Below are positions 8,409-18,305 of a stretch of 46,646 nucleotides of DNA, piece after piece. Each line of letters opens with the position of its first letter. Positions within the stretch are counted from its first letter, which is position 1. A program made the translations under genes and the position numbers. The notes beneath the pieces are model-generated. The model had not been told where the DNA came from. It ran no database searches and saw only the letters and a list, made by a program, of their open reading frames with translations. Origin of the DNA: an uncultured Thermodesulfovibrio sp. (lineage in GTDB: Bacteria > Nitrospirota > Thermodesulfovibrionia > Thermodesulfovibrionales > JdFR-85); assembly GCA_964391515.1 (NCBI GenBank), contig CAYMML010000003.1, positions 1 through 46,646 on the forward strand. Reading direction: 5' to 3'.

Positions 8409-10166
8409 TCACCAACTCCCTCCTCCTCCCCCACCAAAGCCACCACCTGAAAAACCACCCCCACCAAAACCACCGCTACCGGTTCCGCTGCTTCTTGGTG
8501 AGGAGGCCATGGCCTTCCCAATGTCTGAGAGGCTTGAATTCAATGCGGAGTTGAAGAGCACAGGGTTGAACCCCCTGAAGCCGGTGGGTGAGACATACCA
8601 CCTGGGGGGCTCCTGGTCTATCCCCTCAAATGCCTCCGCCCACCGGTCAGATACATCGAGGGCGATTGCATAGGGCAGGAACCTCTCAAAGAGGTTTTTA
8701 TCGGCCATCCTCTCAAGCCTGTCCCTCTCTGCACGGGATAGAAACTCCTCAAACCCCCTGATTTCTGTATAAACCTTTACCCCCCTCCTGGTCTTTGCAG
8801 GCATAAACCGCCCGAAGACAACTACGATAAGGGCAGATGCAATAAATGAAATGATGATCTTAAAAGGCGGCACCCCAAAAACCGGAAACATGAACATGGA
8901 AGCCCAGACACCGATGAAACCACCCACCACACCAATAAGGGTGTATCTCCTCCTTACCCGGTAAGGGGGTGTGTTGAACACTCCAAGCCTTACAAGTTCA
9001 TTATTCAAACTCTCCCGGAGTCTCTTTATCTCCCTGTAAAAACTGTTTTTCATCTCCGATACCATCCTTCCCTTGCTTCCACCAGGGAAAAGGGCAACAA
9101 GGAGATCACGCTCAAACTGAGGAAGAGTGTCATCAGGCTCTTTAACGAGTTTCAGGTAGTAGTCCTTCTTGCTAAATATAAGCCCCTTTTCCTCCTGTTC
9201 CTCGATCTGGATGAACCCCTTTACGGCAAGGCTTACAATGGCGGCGGTTATGTCCCGGAGGTCCATCTTCTCATCCGTAATTGTGCCGACCTCAGCAGGT
9301 GAGAGAACCCTGCCCCTCACCTCCGGAGGATTATACTGAACCGAAACGGAAACCGGCGGGGAGGGGTCTCTGCCCTTCTGCCGCCACCAGAAATACATAA
9401 GACCAAAAACAACGACCGGGATCAGGAATACCCCGTTCTCCCTCAGATTGAGCCTCCACAGTAGTGCCTTTATCCCCGACGGTGGGGTCACAACCCCCTT
9501 TTTCCAGCCAAAGGCGATGGTAAACCCCTCACCAGGGCTCAGTTGTCTGCTTACAACAAAACTACCCACTCCGTTAGTCACCTCACTGGTACAGGACTTT
9601 TCCCTTGAGCCATACCTTCCGGTAAAGCAGTCTGCCCAGAAACTATCCGTACCCTTCACCCCATCTACAAACACCCGGGCAGAGGCGTTTTTTATTACCG
9701 TCTTCCAGGCATCACCTGTAACATTCCAGTAAATCTCGTCATGGTCATCGAAGAACAACACGGCATTATCCACCCTGTAGGTAATCTTATAGACCTGTCT
9801 TCCCCTTACATACCTCCTGGGGCTTCCTATCCTGATCCTCAAATCACTTCCGTACCTGATCACCTTGTATTTCCTCGGCCTACCGTCACCATCAGTAACG
9901 GAAATGACCTCAATGGGGGTGGTCACCCTGTTTCCAAGGTCATCTACGAACCTGAAGGGGATATCCCTGTATATACCGTGCCTTGGTCTCTGAAACAGGG
10001 TCTCTATCTCCTCGGTTACCAGGACTGAGGAGTCACGATTTACGGTAATATCCGATCGAAAGGACTGGATGGTGAAGTATTCTGCACAGGCCAGAGATGG
10101 AATGACCAAGACAAACAGGAGTGTACAGACCGGCAAAATTCGTTTAAAATGCCTTGTCAGTTTCAT
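8409..10166 (-). CDS. DUF2207-family membrane protein with Gly-rich C-terminus
   Basis: 585 aa with a signal/TM at the N-terminus, a large extracytoplasmic domain, central TM helices and the tail SGTGSGGFGGGGFSGGGFGGGGGGSW typical of DUF2207. It lies directly downstream of lemA. Confidence 0.75.
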   Translation of the reverse strand: MKLTRHFKRILPVCTLLFVLVIPSLACAEYFTIQSFRSDITVNRDSSVLVTEEIETLFQRPRHGIYRDIPFRFVDDLGNRVTTPIEVISVTDGDGRPRKYKVIRYGSDLRIRIGSPRRYVRGRQVYKITYRVDNAVLFFDDHDEIYWNVTGDAWKTVIKNASARVFVDGVKGTDSFWADCFTGRYGSREKSCTSEVTNGVGSFVVSRQLSPGEGFTIAFGWKKGVVTPPSGIKALLWRLNLRENGVFLIPVVVFGLMYFWWRQKGRDPSPPVSVSVQYNPPEVRGRVLSPAEVGTITDEKMDLRDITAAIVSLAVKGFIQIEEQEEKGLIFSKKDYYLKLVKEPDDTLPQFERDLLVALFPGGSKGRMVSEMKNSFYREIKRLRESLNNELVRLGVFNTPPYRVRRRYTLIGVVGGFIGVWASMFMFPVFGVPPFKIIISFIASALIVVVFGRFMPAKTRRGVKVYTEIRGFEEFLSRAERDRLERMADKNLFERFLPYAIALDVSDRWAEAFEGIDQEPPRWYVSPTGFRGFNPVLFNSALNSSLSDIGKAMASSPRSSGTGSGGFGGGGFSGGGFGGGGGGSW

Positions 10167-10190
10167 CTTGTCAGGGGGTTTGAAAATACC

Positions 10191-10748
10191 TTAAGAGAAA
10201 TCCACCTTTACCCTCTCCCTTGCCTCGGGGGTGGTGAGTTCAAAAAATTCCGCCTTCTGAAACCCGAAGGAGGATGCGATCATGTTTGATGGGAATGCCT
10301 CGGTCATGGTGTTATAGTCCCTCACTACGGCGTTATAGTACCTCCTTGCGTACTCTATGTTGTCCTCAATCTCCACTAACTGTTTCTGGAGTGCAAGGAA
10401 GTTCTGGTTAGCCTTCAGATCAGGATATGCCTCAGAAAGTGCAAAGAGCGACTTCAATGTGGATGTGAACATATTCTCAGCCTCTGCCTTTTTGGCAGGC
10501 CCCTCTGCCTGCATCGCCTTTGCCCTTGCCTGCGTTACCCCCTCCAGGGTCTTCTTCTCGTGAGAGGCATAACCCTTTACGGTCTCAACCAGGTTATCAA
10601 CCAGGTTGTACCTCTTTTTGAGCAGTACATCTATATCACTCCATGAAGACTGGACGGTGTTCTTCAGTTTCACAAGTCTGTTATAAATAACAATACCTGC
10701 TACAAATACCGCAAGGACAATAAGTACAAGTACCCCTAAAAAAACCAT
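10191..10748 (-). CDS. lemA: LemA family protein
   Basis: 185 aa with an N-terminal TM helix and conserved LemA-type sequence (…YNRLV.L.N…W..IDV.LKRR.DL..NLV..VKGYA.HE…). Confidence 0.85.
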   Translation of the reverse strand: MVFLGVLVLIVLAVFVAGIVIYNRLVKLKNTVQSSWSDIDVLLKKRYNLVDNLVETVKGYASHEKKTLEGVTQARAKAMQAEGPAKKAEAENMFTSTLKSLFALSEAYPDLKANQNFLALQKQLVEIEDNIEYARRYYNAVVRDYNTMTEAFPSNMIASSFGFQKAEFFELTTPEARERVKVDFS

Positions 10749-10880
10749 CTCACCTCCCGTGGTCTTTTATACCATATCTTTGAAAAACTTTGTCAACCAG
10801 AAAATCTGTTTTTGCCTCACTTCAACCATCACCGGGTTTTTCTTTGCCCACGGACTGAACTTTTATGTATAATTCTATAC

Positions 10881-11516
10881 ATGTTCAGGATAGCACCTGA
10901 GGGATGGCCCTTCATATCTGTTACGGCCGGGATAAGCCTTATCTTCCTCGGCCTCTTTCGCCCATGGGTTGCAATACTCCCACTCATTCTGACCATGTTT
11001 GTGGTATTTTTCTTCCGTGATCCGGAAAGGGTGATACCTGAAGGTAAAAACCTAATCGTCTCTCCTGCGGACGGAAAGATAATCTCCATAGAAAGAGATG
11101 CTCATGACAGTTTTCTCGATACCCCTTCTCTCAGGATAAGCATCTTTATGTCTCCTCTCAATGTCCATGTAAACAGGGCACCTGCAGACGGTGAGGTATT
11201 GCTGGTGGAACACCATGAGGGGAGTTTCAGGCCTGCCTACACGGACGAGGCGGCGATTGAAAACGAAAACATAACCATGATACTAAACACCTCCTGGGGC
11301 AGGATACTGGTTCGGCAGATAGCAGGGCTTGTGGCAAGACGCGCTGTCTGCCGGGTAAAGGTGGGAGACCGCCTGAAGAAAGGCCAGCGGTATGGACTGA
11401 TAAAGTTCGGCTCAAGGGTTGACATTTTCCTCCCTTCCCATGCAGAATGCCTCGTAAGTATTGGAGATACCGTAAGGGGAGGTTCAAGTATTCTGGCAAG
11501 GATGAAGGAACAATGA
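10881..11516 (+). CDS. psd: Phosphatidylserine decarboxylase proenzyme (short type)
   Basis: Short Psd family, with the self-cleavage region ...IKFGSRVDIFLP containing the GS(R/T) site. The track ORF starts at a TTG (10812). I prefer the ATG at 10881 (MFRIAPEGWPF...), which lies 7 nt after a TATAAT box. Confidence 0.85.
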   Translation: MFRIAPEGWPFISVTAGISLIFLGLFRPWVAILPLILTMFVVFFFRDPERVIPEGKNLIVSPADGKIISIERDAHDSFLDTPSLRISIFMSPLNVHVNRAPADGEVLLVEHHEGSFRPAYTDEAAIENENITMILNTSWGRILVRQIAGLVARRAVCRVKVGDRLKKGQRYGLIKFGSRVDIFLPSHAECLVSIGDTVRGGSSILARMKEQ

Positions 11517-12238
11517 AGAGGGGCGTATACCTGCTGCCTAACAGCCTCACACTCTGTGGGATGTTTTTCGGTTTCTATGCGGTTATATCCTCACTAAATG
11601 GTGACTTTAAGAGGGCAGCATGGTCTATACTAATAGCAATAGTATTTGACGGACTTGATGGGTGGGTGGCAAGGCTTACAAGCACCACCACCAAGTTCGG
11701 CCTTGAACTTGACTCATTGAGCGACCTTGTAGCCTTCGGTATTGCACCATCTGTTCTGGTATATACCTGGGCACTTGCCCCCCTTGGTAGAATAGGTGCA
11801 GGGGCTTCGTTTTTGTATGTGGCATGCGGTGCACTACGGCTTGCAAGGTATAACATCCAGATGGTCTCCACCGAAAAACTCTCTTTTACCGGAATGCCCA
11901 TACCCGCAGCAGCCAGTATTGTGGCAACACTGGTAATCTTTTACCATAGCATCGACAAGTCACCACCTTCAGGAAGCATAGGGGTTCTTCTGCTTACCTT
12001 AACGATATCAATACTAATGATAAGCACCCTCCGTTTTCATGGCGCAAAGGAGATCGATCTGAAAAAGAGAAAGCCCTTCTGGGTGCTCGTCTTCTTTGTT
12101 TTGTTAATATTTCTTATCCTGCTTCACCCACCCACATCCCTGTTTTTCTTTGCAATGGCATACCTTTTTTGGGGTATAATAGAAAATACCTATCTTTTTT
12201 ACAGAAAAAAGAGGCTTAAAGGCTCAGAAAAAGAATAA
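11513..12238 (+). CDS. pssA: CDP-diacylglycerol--serine O-phosphatidyltransferase
   Basis: CDP-alcohol phosphatidyltransferase motif DGLDGWVARLTSTTTKFGLELDSLSD in a multi-TM protein. The ATG at 11513 overlaps the psd stop (ATGA); the longer track ORF (11447) is unlikely. Confidence 0.88.
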   Translation: MKRGVYLLPNSLTLCGMFFGFYAVISSLNGDFKRAAWSILIAIVFDGLDGWVARLTSTTTKFGLELDSLSDLVAFGIAPSVLVYTWALAPLGRIGAGASFLYVACGALRLARYNIQMVSTEKLSFTGMPIPAAASIVATLVIFYHSIDKSPPSGSIGVLLLTLTISILMISTLRFHGAKEIDLKKRKPFWVLVFFVLLIFLILLHPPTSLFFFAMAYLFWGIIENTYLFYRKKRLKGSEKE

Positions 12239-12325
12239 AGGCGAGGAGAGAAGGGGATTTCATTTCCGGGTATTCCTTTTCTCTGCCCCTCTATACTAAC
12301 TCTACAACTTAAAAGAAGGTGCACT

Positions 12326-13852
12326 ATGAGAAGGATTAAGATATTTGATACAACCCTCAGAGACGGTGAACAGTCACCAGGTGCCTCAATGAATGTGGAG
12401 GAAAAACTCCACGTGGCAAGGCAACTTGCACGGCTTAAAGTGGACATCATTGAGGCAGGCTTTCCTATAGCCTCCGCCGGTGACTTTGAGGCGGTAAACA
12501 GGATTGCAAAGGAGATCAAGGGTGTAACCGTTTGTGGTCTTGCAAGGGCAAAAGAGGTTGATATTGAGCGTGCAGGTGAAGCGGTAAAGCCTGCAGAGAG
12601 GCCGAGGATACACACATTTATCGCCACATCGGATATACACCTCAAGTTCAAACTCCGCATGTCCAGAGAGGAGACACTCGAGGCGGCCATAAAGGCTGTA
12701 AAACTCGCAAGGAGGTTCACCGACGATGTGGAGTTTTCCGCAGAAGATGCCACAAGGAGCGACTGGGATTACCTCTGCAAGGTTACCGAGGAGGTGATCA
12801 AGGCCGGTGCAAAAACGGTCAATATCCCTGACACAGTGGGATACGCCATCCCTCAGGAGTTCGGTGAACTTATAGAATACATTATGAACAATGTGCCTAA
12901 CATCGACAGGGCGGTTATCTCTGTACACTGCCACAACGACCTCGGGCTTGCTGTGGCCAACTCACTTACGGCAATCATGAAGGGTGCAGGTCAGGTGGAG
13001 TGTACTATAAACGGGATCGGTGAGCGTGCCGGCAATGCCGCCATGGAGGAGATAGCCATGGCACTAAAGACCAGACCCAAGTACTTCCTTGCAGACACCG
13101 GGCTCGTAACCGAGGAGTTTTACAAAACGAGCAGGCTTGTCTCCAAGATCACCGGTATGGTTGTGCAGCCAAACAAGGCAATCGTTGGTGCCAACGCCTT
13201 TGCCCACGAATCGGGCATACACCAGGACGGGTTTCTCAAGGAGCGTTCCACCTACGAGATCATGAAACCCGAGGATGTGGGTATCCCCCAGTCCAAACTA
13301 ATCCTTGGAAAGCACTCTGGCAGACATGCCTTTAAAGAACGGCTCAAAGAACTTGGCTACGAACTCAACGATGAGGAACTAAACACCGCATTTGAGAGGT
13401 TTAAGCACCTGTGCGACCAGAAGAAGTACATCTTCGATGAGGACATAGAGGCACTCGTATCAGAAGAGGTAAGAAAGGTACCAGAGGTATTCAGCCTCGT
13501 TGATCTTAAGGTCGAAAGCGGTACCGGCACCACCCCGACGGCTACCATCAAACTCCTCGTCCGTGGTGAGGAAAAGGAGATAAAAGAGACTGGCGACGGC
13601 CCTGTGGATGCCACATACAGGGCTATCACACGGGGCACGGGAACCTTGAGCCATCTTGAGAAGTTCGAGATAAAGGGGATAACCGGAGGAACCGATGCCC
13701 TCGGGGAGGTGATGGTAACCCTTGAGGAGGACGGAAAGACCGTCAGGGGTTACGGCTCTGATACAGACATAATAGTTGCCTCTGCCAAGGCATTTCTTAA
13801 TGCACTGAACAAGATAGAGGCACTCAAAGGCAAGCCTCAAAAGGGAATATAG
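12326..13852 (+). CDS. leuA: 2-isopropylmalate synthase
   Basis: 508 aa with [25 protein letters not shown] and a C-terminal LeuA regulatory domain. A citramalate synthase paralogue cannot be fully excluded. Confidence 0.88.
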   Translation: MRRIKIFDTTLRDGEQSPGASMNVEEKLHVARQLARLKVDIIEAGFPIASAGDFEAVNRIAKEIKGVTVCGLARAKEVDIERAGEAVKPAERPRIHTFIATSDIHLKFKLRMSREETLEAAIKAVKLARRFTDDVEFSAEDATRSDWDYLCKVTEEVIKAGAKTVNIPDTVGYAIPQEFGELIEYIMNNVPNIDRAVISVHCHNDLGLAVANSLTAIMKGAGQVECTINGIGERAGNAAMEEIAMALKTRPKYFLADTGLVTEEFYKTSRLVSKITGMVVQPNKAIVGANAFAHESGIHQDGFLKERSTYEIMKPEDVGIPQSKLILGKHSGRHAFKERLKELGYELNDEELNTAFERFKHLCDQKKYIFDEDIEALVSEEVRKVPEVFSLVDLKVESGTGTTPTATIKLLVRGEEKEIKETGDGPVDATYRAITRGTGTLSHLEKFEIKGITGGTDALGEVMVTLEEDGKTVRGYGSDTDIIVASAKAFLNALNKIEALKGKPQKGI

Positions 13853-13870
13853 AGGAGGACGACAAAAACA

Positions 13871-15130
13871 ATGACGATAACCGAGAAGATACTTGCAGCC
13901 CATGCAGACAAGGAGGAGGTTCATCCTGGAGAACTGATAAAGGCAAGGGTGGACATAATACTTGCAAACGATATAACCGCCCCAATAGCGATAAAGGAAT
14001 TTGAGAAGATCGGTGCACCCGATGTGTTTGACCGTTCAAGGGTCGCCTTTATACCGGATCATTTTGCACCGCAGAAGGACATAAAGGCTGCTGAGCAGTG
14101 CAAGATGCTCAGGGATTTCTCAAAGGAGCATCAACTTGACCTCTACTTCGAGGTGGGCCGGATGGGTGTGGAGCACGCCCTGCTTCCGGAACAGGGGATA
14201 GTGCTTCCCGGCGACCTGGTAATAGGTGCAGACAGCCACACCTGCACATACGGTGCCCTCGGCGCCTTTGCAACCGGGGTGGGCTCCACTGATGTGGCAG
14301 CCGCCATGGCAACCGGAGAGTGCTGGTTCAAGGTGCCGGAGAGTATGAAATTTATCTATTACGGAAAATTGAAAAAGTGGGTGGGAGGAAAAGATATTAT
14401 TCTCAGAACCATTGGGGATATAGGCGTGGATGGTGCCCTTTACAGGGCGATGGAGTTTACAGGGGAGACTATTCAGAACCTTCCCATGCACGGAAGGCTC
14501 ACCATCTGCAACATGGCGATAGAGGCAGGAGGGAAAAACGGGATAATTGCACCTGATGAGACGACAGAGGAGTATATAAAACAGAGGGCCCGTCGGGAGT
14601 ACAGGTTTTTCAGTTCCGATTCCGATGCAGACTATGTGGAGATAAGGGAGTATGATTGCTCCACACTTGAACCCCTCGTGGCCTGTCCCCACCTGCCTTC
14701 CAATGTTGAGCAGGCAAAGGAACTTACCCATATCCGTATTGACCAGGTGGTTATAGGCTCATGCACTAACGGCCGGTACGAGGACATAAGGGAGGCCGCC
14801 ATGGTCATAAAGGGCAAAAAGGTTCATCCAGATGTGAGGATGATTGTAATACCCGCCACACAGGAGATCTACAAAAGGGCGATGAAGGATGGACTTTTAG
14901 AGATTTTCATAGACGCAAATGCGGTGGTATCCACGCCGACCTGCGGCCCCTGCCTTGGTGGACATATGGGAATACTTGCAAAGGGTGAACGCGCCGTTGC
15001 CACCACAAACAGGAACTTCGTAGGAAGAATGGGACACCCTGAAAGTGAGGTCTATCTCTCCGGCCCTGCCGTTGCTGCTGCAACGGCGGTGCTTGGAAGG
15101 ATTGGTCTTCCAGAAGAACTTGGATTATAA
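13871..15130 (+). CDS. leuC: 3-isopropylmalate dehydratase large subunit (aconitase-family, ~420-aa type)
   Basis: 419 aa with the aconitase-family Fe-S ligand motifs (…[13 protein letters not shown]…, …GSCTNGR…, …CGPCLGG…). No small-subunit (leuD) gene follows. Confidence 0.85.
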   Translation: MTITEKILAAHADKEEVHPGELIKARVDIILANDITAPIAIKEFEKIGAPDVFDRSRVAFIPDHFAPQKDIKAAEQCKMLRDFSKEHQLDLYFEVGRMGVEHALLPEQGIVLPGDLVIGADSHTCTYGALGAFATGVGSTDVAAAMATGECWFKVPESMKFIYYGKLKKWVGGKDIILRTIGDIGVDGALYRAMEFTGETIQNLPMHGRLTICNMAIEAGGKNGIIAPDETTEEYIKQRARREYRFFSSDSDADYVEIREYDCSTLEPLVACPHLPSNVEQAKELTHIRIDQVVIGSCTNGRYEDIREAAMVIKGKKVHPDVRMIVIPATQEIYKRAMKDGLLEIFIDANAVVSTPTCGPCLGGHMGILAKGERAVATTNRNFVGRMGHPESEVYLSGPAVAAATAVLGRIGLPEELGL

Positions 15131-15156
15131 ATATACTATATAAGGATGATTTCATC

Positions 15157-16533
15157 TTGAGTGAGAACATCTCCATAGAGATATGCAACCTCATAAACGA
15201 GCCCTTCCTGATAACAGACTCATTCGGGCTCATCCTCGCCGCTAACCAATCTACTCAAAAACTCCTCGGAAAAGGTGGAAGTCTCATAGGGAAAAACCTG
15301 AGGGATATTCAGGAGTTAAGCAGCCTCTGGCCCATAATCGTAAGGAGTAAGGGTAAAGGCGAGGAGGTGAAAGAGAGGGTACTGATAGGTGGAAGGGAAT
15401 ACGAGGCAAGCATACACCATGAGGGCAGAATCGGAGGGTTTGTTTACACAGGCATACTCCTTTACGAGGTCTCACAGTACCTTTCTATCGAAAAGGAACT
15501 ACTCAAGAGAAACAGGGAACTGATGATCATAAACACACTTTCAGGGACATTTATCGCCTCATCTGAAAATGAGAAAATCTTCACCGACCTGCTGGAAAAG
15601 GTTCTACTAATAACTGATTTCAGTATCGGGTTGATCCTTGTAAAGGAGAACACCGGTTTCGTACTGAAGGGACACAAGGGGGTTTCACTTGAGATGATCA
15701 GGGAGATAGAGGAGGGTAAACTCGAGGCATTCCTTGAGGAACAACTCCAAAGTGATGAGCCCTTGTATATATTTGAAAGGGATGATATTGCCAGGTACCC
15801 CATACTCCTGAGGGAAAGGCTCTCTTTTCTCGGACTGATCCCCCTTCTTGTGGGAAAGGAGTTCATAGGATTTTTGGTACTCGGAAGCAGGTCTGACAGG
15901 TCATTTGATTTTGATCTTGCCTCAATGATGTCACTTGTAGGTAATCAGGTCTCTCTTATACTGGAAAAGATACAACTATTCGAAAAAACCCTGCATCTTT
16001 CCATCACTGACGCCCTTACTGAGTTATACAATGTAAGATACTTCTACCGTGCCCTTACAAACGAGATAGAGCGATCAAAGAGGTATGGTGAAACCTTTTC
16101 CCTCATCATCTTTGACCTCGATGACTTCAAGGTGGTAAACGACACATACGGCCACCAGATAGGTGATGATGTCCTCAAGGAGTTTGCCTCTATTCTGGTT
16201 CAGCACTCCAGGAAGTCGGATATCATAGCCCGTTACGGGGGTGAAGAGTTCGTCCTGATCCTCCCCAAAACGGATAAGGAGGAGGCACTCCAGTTAGCAG
16301 ACAGGATATGTAAGGTGGTCAGGAAGAGGGAGTTTCAGGCGGGAGGATCAAGGAGGATCAATATGACTGTAAGCGGTGGTGTTTCCACCTTTCCTGAAGA
16401 TGGAGATACCCCCAAGGAACTCCTTTATGTTGCGGATATGGCACTTTATGAGGCAAAATCCTCAGGGAAAAACCAGGTAAAATGCTTAAGGAAAGGGCTG
16501 GGAAGTCTTTTCGAAAACGAGGTGAACAGATGA
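15157..16533 (+). CDS. PAS-GAF-GGDEF diguanylate cyclase
   Basis: 458 aa with a TTG start, an N-terminal PAS-like segment and a central GAF-like segment. The C-terminal GGDEF domain has active site RYGGEEF and an RxxD I-site (RKSD) 5 residues upstream. Confidence 0.85.
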   Translation: MSENISIEICNLINEPFLITDSFGLILAANQSTQKLLGKGGSLIGKNLRDIQELSSLWPIIVRSKGKGEEVKERVLIGGREYEASIHHEGRIGGFVYTGILLYEVSQYLSIEKELLKRNRELMIINTLSGTFIASSENEKIFTDLLEKVLLITDFSIGLILVKENTGFVLKGHKGVSLEMIREIEEGKLEAFLEEQLQSDEPLYIFERDDIARYPILLRERLSFLGLIPLLVGKEFIGFLVLGSRSDRSFDFDLASMMSLVGNQVSLILEKIQLFEKTLHLSITDALTELYNVRYFYRALTNEIERSKRYGETFSLIIFDLDDFKVVNDTYGHQIGDDVLKEFASILVQHSRKSDIIARYGGEEFVLILPKTDKEEALQLADRICKVVRKREFQAGGSRRINMTVSGGVSTFPEDGDTPKELLYVADMALYEAKSSGKNQVKCLRKGLGSLFENEVNR

Positions 16534-17291
16534 AAAAGGTGTTTCAGAGGCCAGAGAGCCTGAAAGAGGCATCATTCCGGTTCTGTCCCGGCTGTGGACA
16601 CAGTATTGTTCACAGGCAGATAGCCGAGATAATCGATAAACTCGGCATAAGGGAAAAGACCATCGGGATTGCACCGGTAGGCTGTGCAGTCTTTGCTTAC
16701 GATTATTTCAACTTTGATGTAATTGAATGTCCTCACGGAAGGCCACCTGCTATTGCCACCGCCCTCAAGCGTGTGATGCCCGACAGGGTGGTGTTTTCCT
16801 ACCAGGGAGATGGTGACCTTGCATCGATTGGTATGGCCGAGATTATCCACGCAGCAAACAGGGGAGAGAACCTGTCTGTATTTTTTATAAACAATGCCAA
16901 TTATGGCATGACAGGGGGGCAGATGGCTCCCACAACACTTGTGGGGCAGAAGACCACAACAACTCCATCCGGTAGAGACCCCCAGACCGAGGGCTATCCA
17001 CTGAGGATAGCCGAGATGCTTGCCACCATTGATGGTGTCACCTTTTCGGCAAGGACCGCCATAGACAGCCCCCAGGGGATAAAGAAGACAAAACGCCTGG
17101 TAGAAAAGGTCTTTCGGTACCAGATTGAAAATGCTGGGTTTTCTCTCCTGGAGATTCTTTCCCCATGCCCCACCGACTGGGGAATGAACCCCCCTGAGTC
17201 TCTCAACTGGATAAGGGAAACCATGGAGGGTGTCTTTCCTCTTGGGGTATTCAAAGACACCCGTGCTGAAGTGGAGGGTCAGGTACAATGA
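16530..17291 (+). CDS. 2-oxoacid:ferredoxin oxidoreductase beta (TPP-binding) subunit
   Basis: The N-terminus has the typical FCPGCGH motif, plus the TPP-binding GDG...NN region (YQGDGDLASIG…FINNANYGMTGGQ). The start at ATG 16530 has GAGGTGA 5 nt upstream and overlaps the GGDEF stop (ATGA). The track ORF from 16482 is too long. Confidence 0.85.
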   Translation: MKKVFQRPESLKEASFRFCPGCGHSIVHRQIAEIIDKLGIREKTIGIAPVGCAVFAYDYFNFDVIECPHGRPPAIATALKRVMPDRVVFSYQGDGDLASIGMAEIIHAANRGENLSVFFINNANYGMTGGQMAPTTLVGQKTTTTPSGRDPQTEGYPLRIAEMLATIDGVTFSARTAIDSPQGIKKTKRLVEKVFRYQIENAGFSLLEILSPCPTDWGMNPPESLNWIRETMEGVFPLGVFKDTRAEVEGQVQ

Positions 17292-17866
17292 GTATGGTTG
17301 AAGAAAAAGGCATCCTCGTTGCCGGCTCAGGCGGCCAGGGGATACTTCTGCTTGGCCAGATGATAGCATACAGCGCTCTTCAGGCCGGTCTTGAGGTCAC
17401 CTGGTTTCCCTCCTACGGGGCAGAGATGAGGGGAGGAACCGCCAACTGTACGGTGGTGGTTGGTTCAGAACCGATAGGCTCCCCTATTGTAAAAAACCCG
17501 GATATACTTATCGTTATGAACCTCCCATCTTACGAGAGGTTCATCCCAAATCTCAAGGATGATGGTATACTCTTTTACGACTCAACCTTTGTTGACAGGA
17601 CTTCTCTTCCCTGCTCTCTCTCATCAACAGAAGGTAATGGTTGCTCCTCTTACGGTATTGCCTCAACCGCCATTGCAAAAGAGATCGGGGCTGTAAGGTA
17701 TGCAAACATGGTGATGTACGGGGCGTTTTTGAGACACTCCAATCTATTTGGAGATATATCGCCTGAAGAGGTTCTGAAAAGGGTTCTCCCTCCAAGACAC
17801 CACCATCTGATAGAACAGAACCTTGAGGCCATAAGAAGGGGCTATGAGCACAATCAGGATTCGTAA
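17288..17866 (+). CDS. 2-oxoacid:ferredoxin oxidoreductase gamma subunit
   Basis: 192 aa with [11 protein letters not shown]…[13 protein letters not shown], typical of the POR/KOR/VOR gamma subunit. Its start overlaps the beta subunit stop (ATGA). Confidence 0.85.
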   Translation: MSMVEEKGILVAGSGGQGILLLGQMIAYSALQAGLEVTWFPSYGAEMRGGTANCTVVVGSEPIGSPIVKNPDILIVMNLPSYERFIPNLKDDGILFYDSTFVDRTSLPCSLSSTEGNGCSSYGIASTAIAKEIGAVRYANMVMYGAFLRHSNLFGDISPEEVLKRVLPPRHHHLIEQNLEAIRRGYEHNQDS

Positions 17867-18305
17867 GGCACGCATTCCTGACTGTCAACAGATGCAGACC
17901 CTGATTAATGCCTTTGCCGGAAAGGGGATAATGCTCCCACGCTCTCTGAACGATATCTACGAAACTCTGAGGGATCACTTCGTTGCAGAGATGGACGGAA
18001 AGATCATAGGGGTATGCGGGATACATATCCTATGGGAGGACCTTGCAGAGATACGCTCACTTGCAGTTAAGAAGAGTTTCCAGAACAGGGGGGTTGCAAA
18101 GAGGCTCGTTAATCGGTGTATAAAGGATGCAAGGGCACTTGGACTCAAGAGAATCTTTGTGCTTACCTATGTTCCGGAGTTTTTCAAAAAAATGGGGTTT
18201 AAAGAAATAGACAAGTCAGGACTCCCACAAAAGATCTGGGGTGACTGTCTTAGATGTCCGAAGTTCCCCAACTGCGATGAAACGGCCCTTATCAGGGCTC
18301 TTTGA
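17844..18305 (+). CDS. GNAT-family N-acetyltransferase (ArgA C-terminal-domain-like)
   Basis: 153 aa with an acetyl-CoA binding segment (AVKKSFQNRGVAKRLV) and overall resemblance to short amino-acid N-acetyltransferases. It overlaps the gamma-subunit gene by 23 nt. Confidence 0.75.
   Translation: MSTIRIRKARIPDCQQMQTLINAFAGKGIMLPRSLNDIYETLRDHFVAEMDGKIIGVCGIHILWEDLAEIRSLAVKKSFQNRGVAKRLVNRCIKDARALGLKRIFVLTYVPEFFKKMGFKEIDKSGLPQKIWGDCLRCPKFPNCDETALIRAL

Noticed and set aside
12247-12284. 11-bp stem (AGAGAAGGGGA / TCCTTTTCTCT, with two G-U pairs) between pssA and leuA, considered as a leucine attenuator or terminator
   Set aside because: There is no following U-run, no leader peptide with Leu codons and no alternative antiterminator that I could see. 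It may simply be a weak structure after pssA.
16572-17369. Long antisense ORFs: the 265-aa ORF at 16572-17369, and also 12199-12753, 12386-12934, 14120-14731, 23333-24007, 25899-26411, 1883-2464 and others
   Set aside because: Each lies entirely opposite a CDS with strong family signatures (korB, leuA, leuC, tamB, ABC permease, lolC). Their translations are low-complexity (Ser/Pro/Leu/Arg-rich) with no recognisable motifs or SD. They are typical shadow ORFs.
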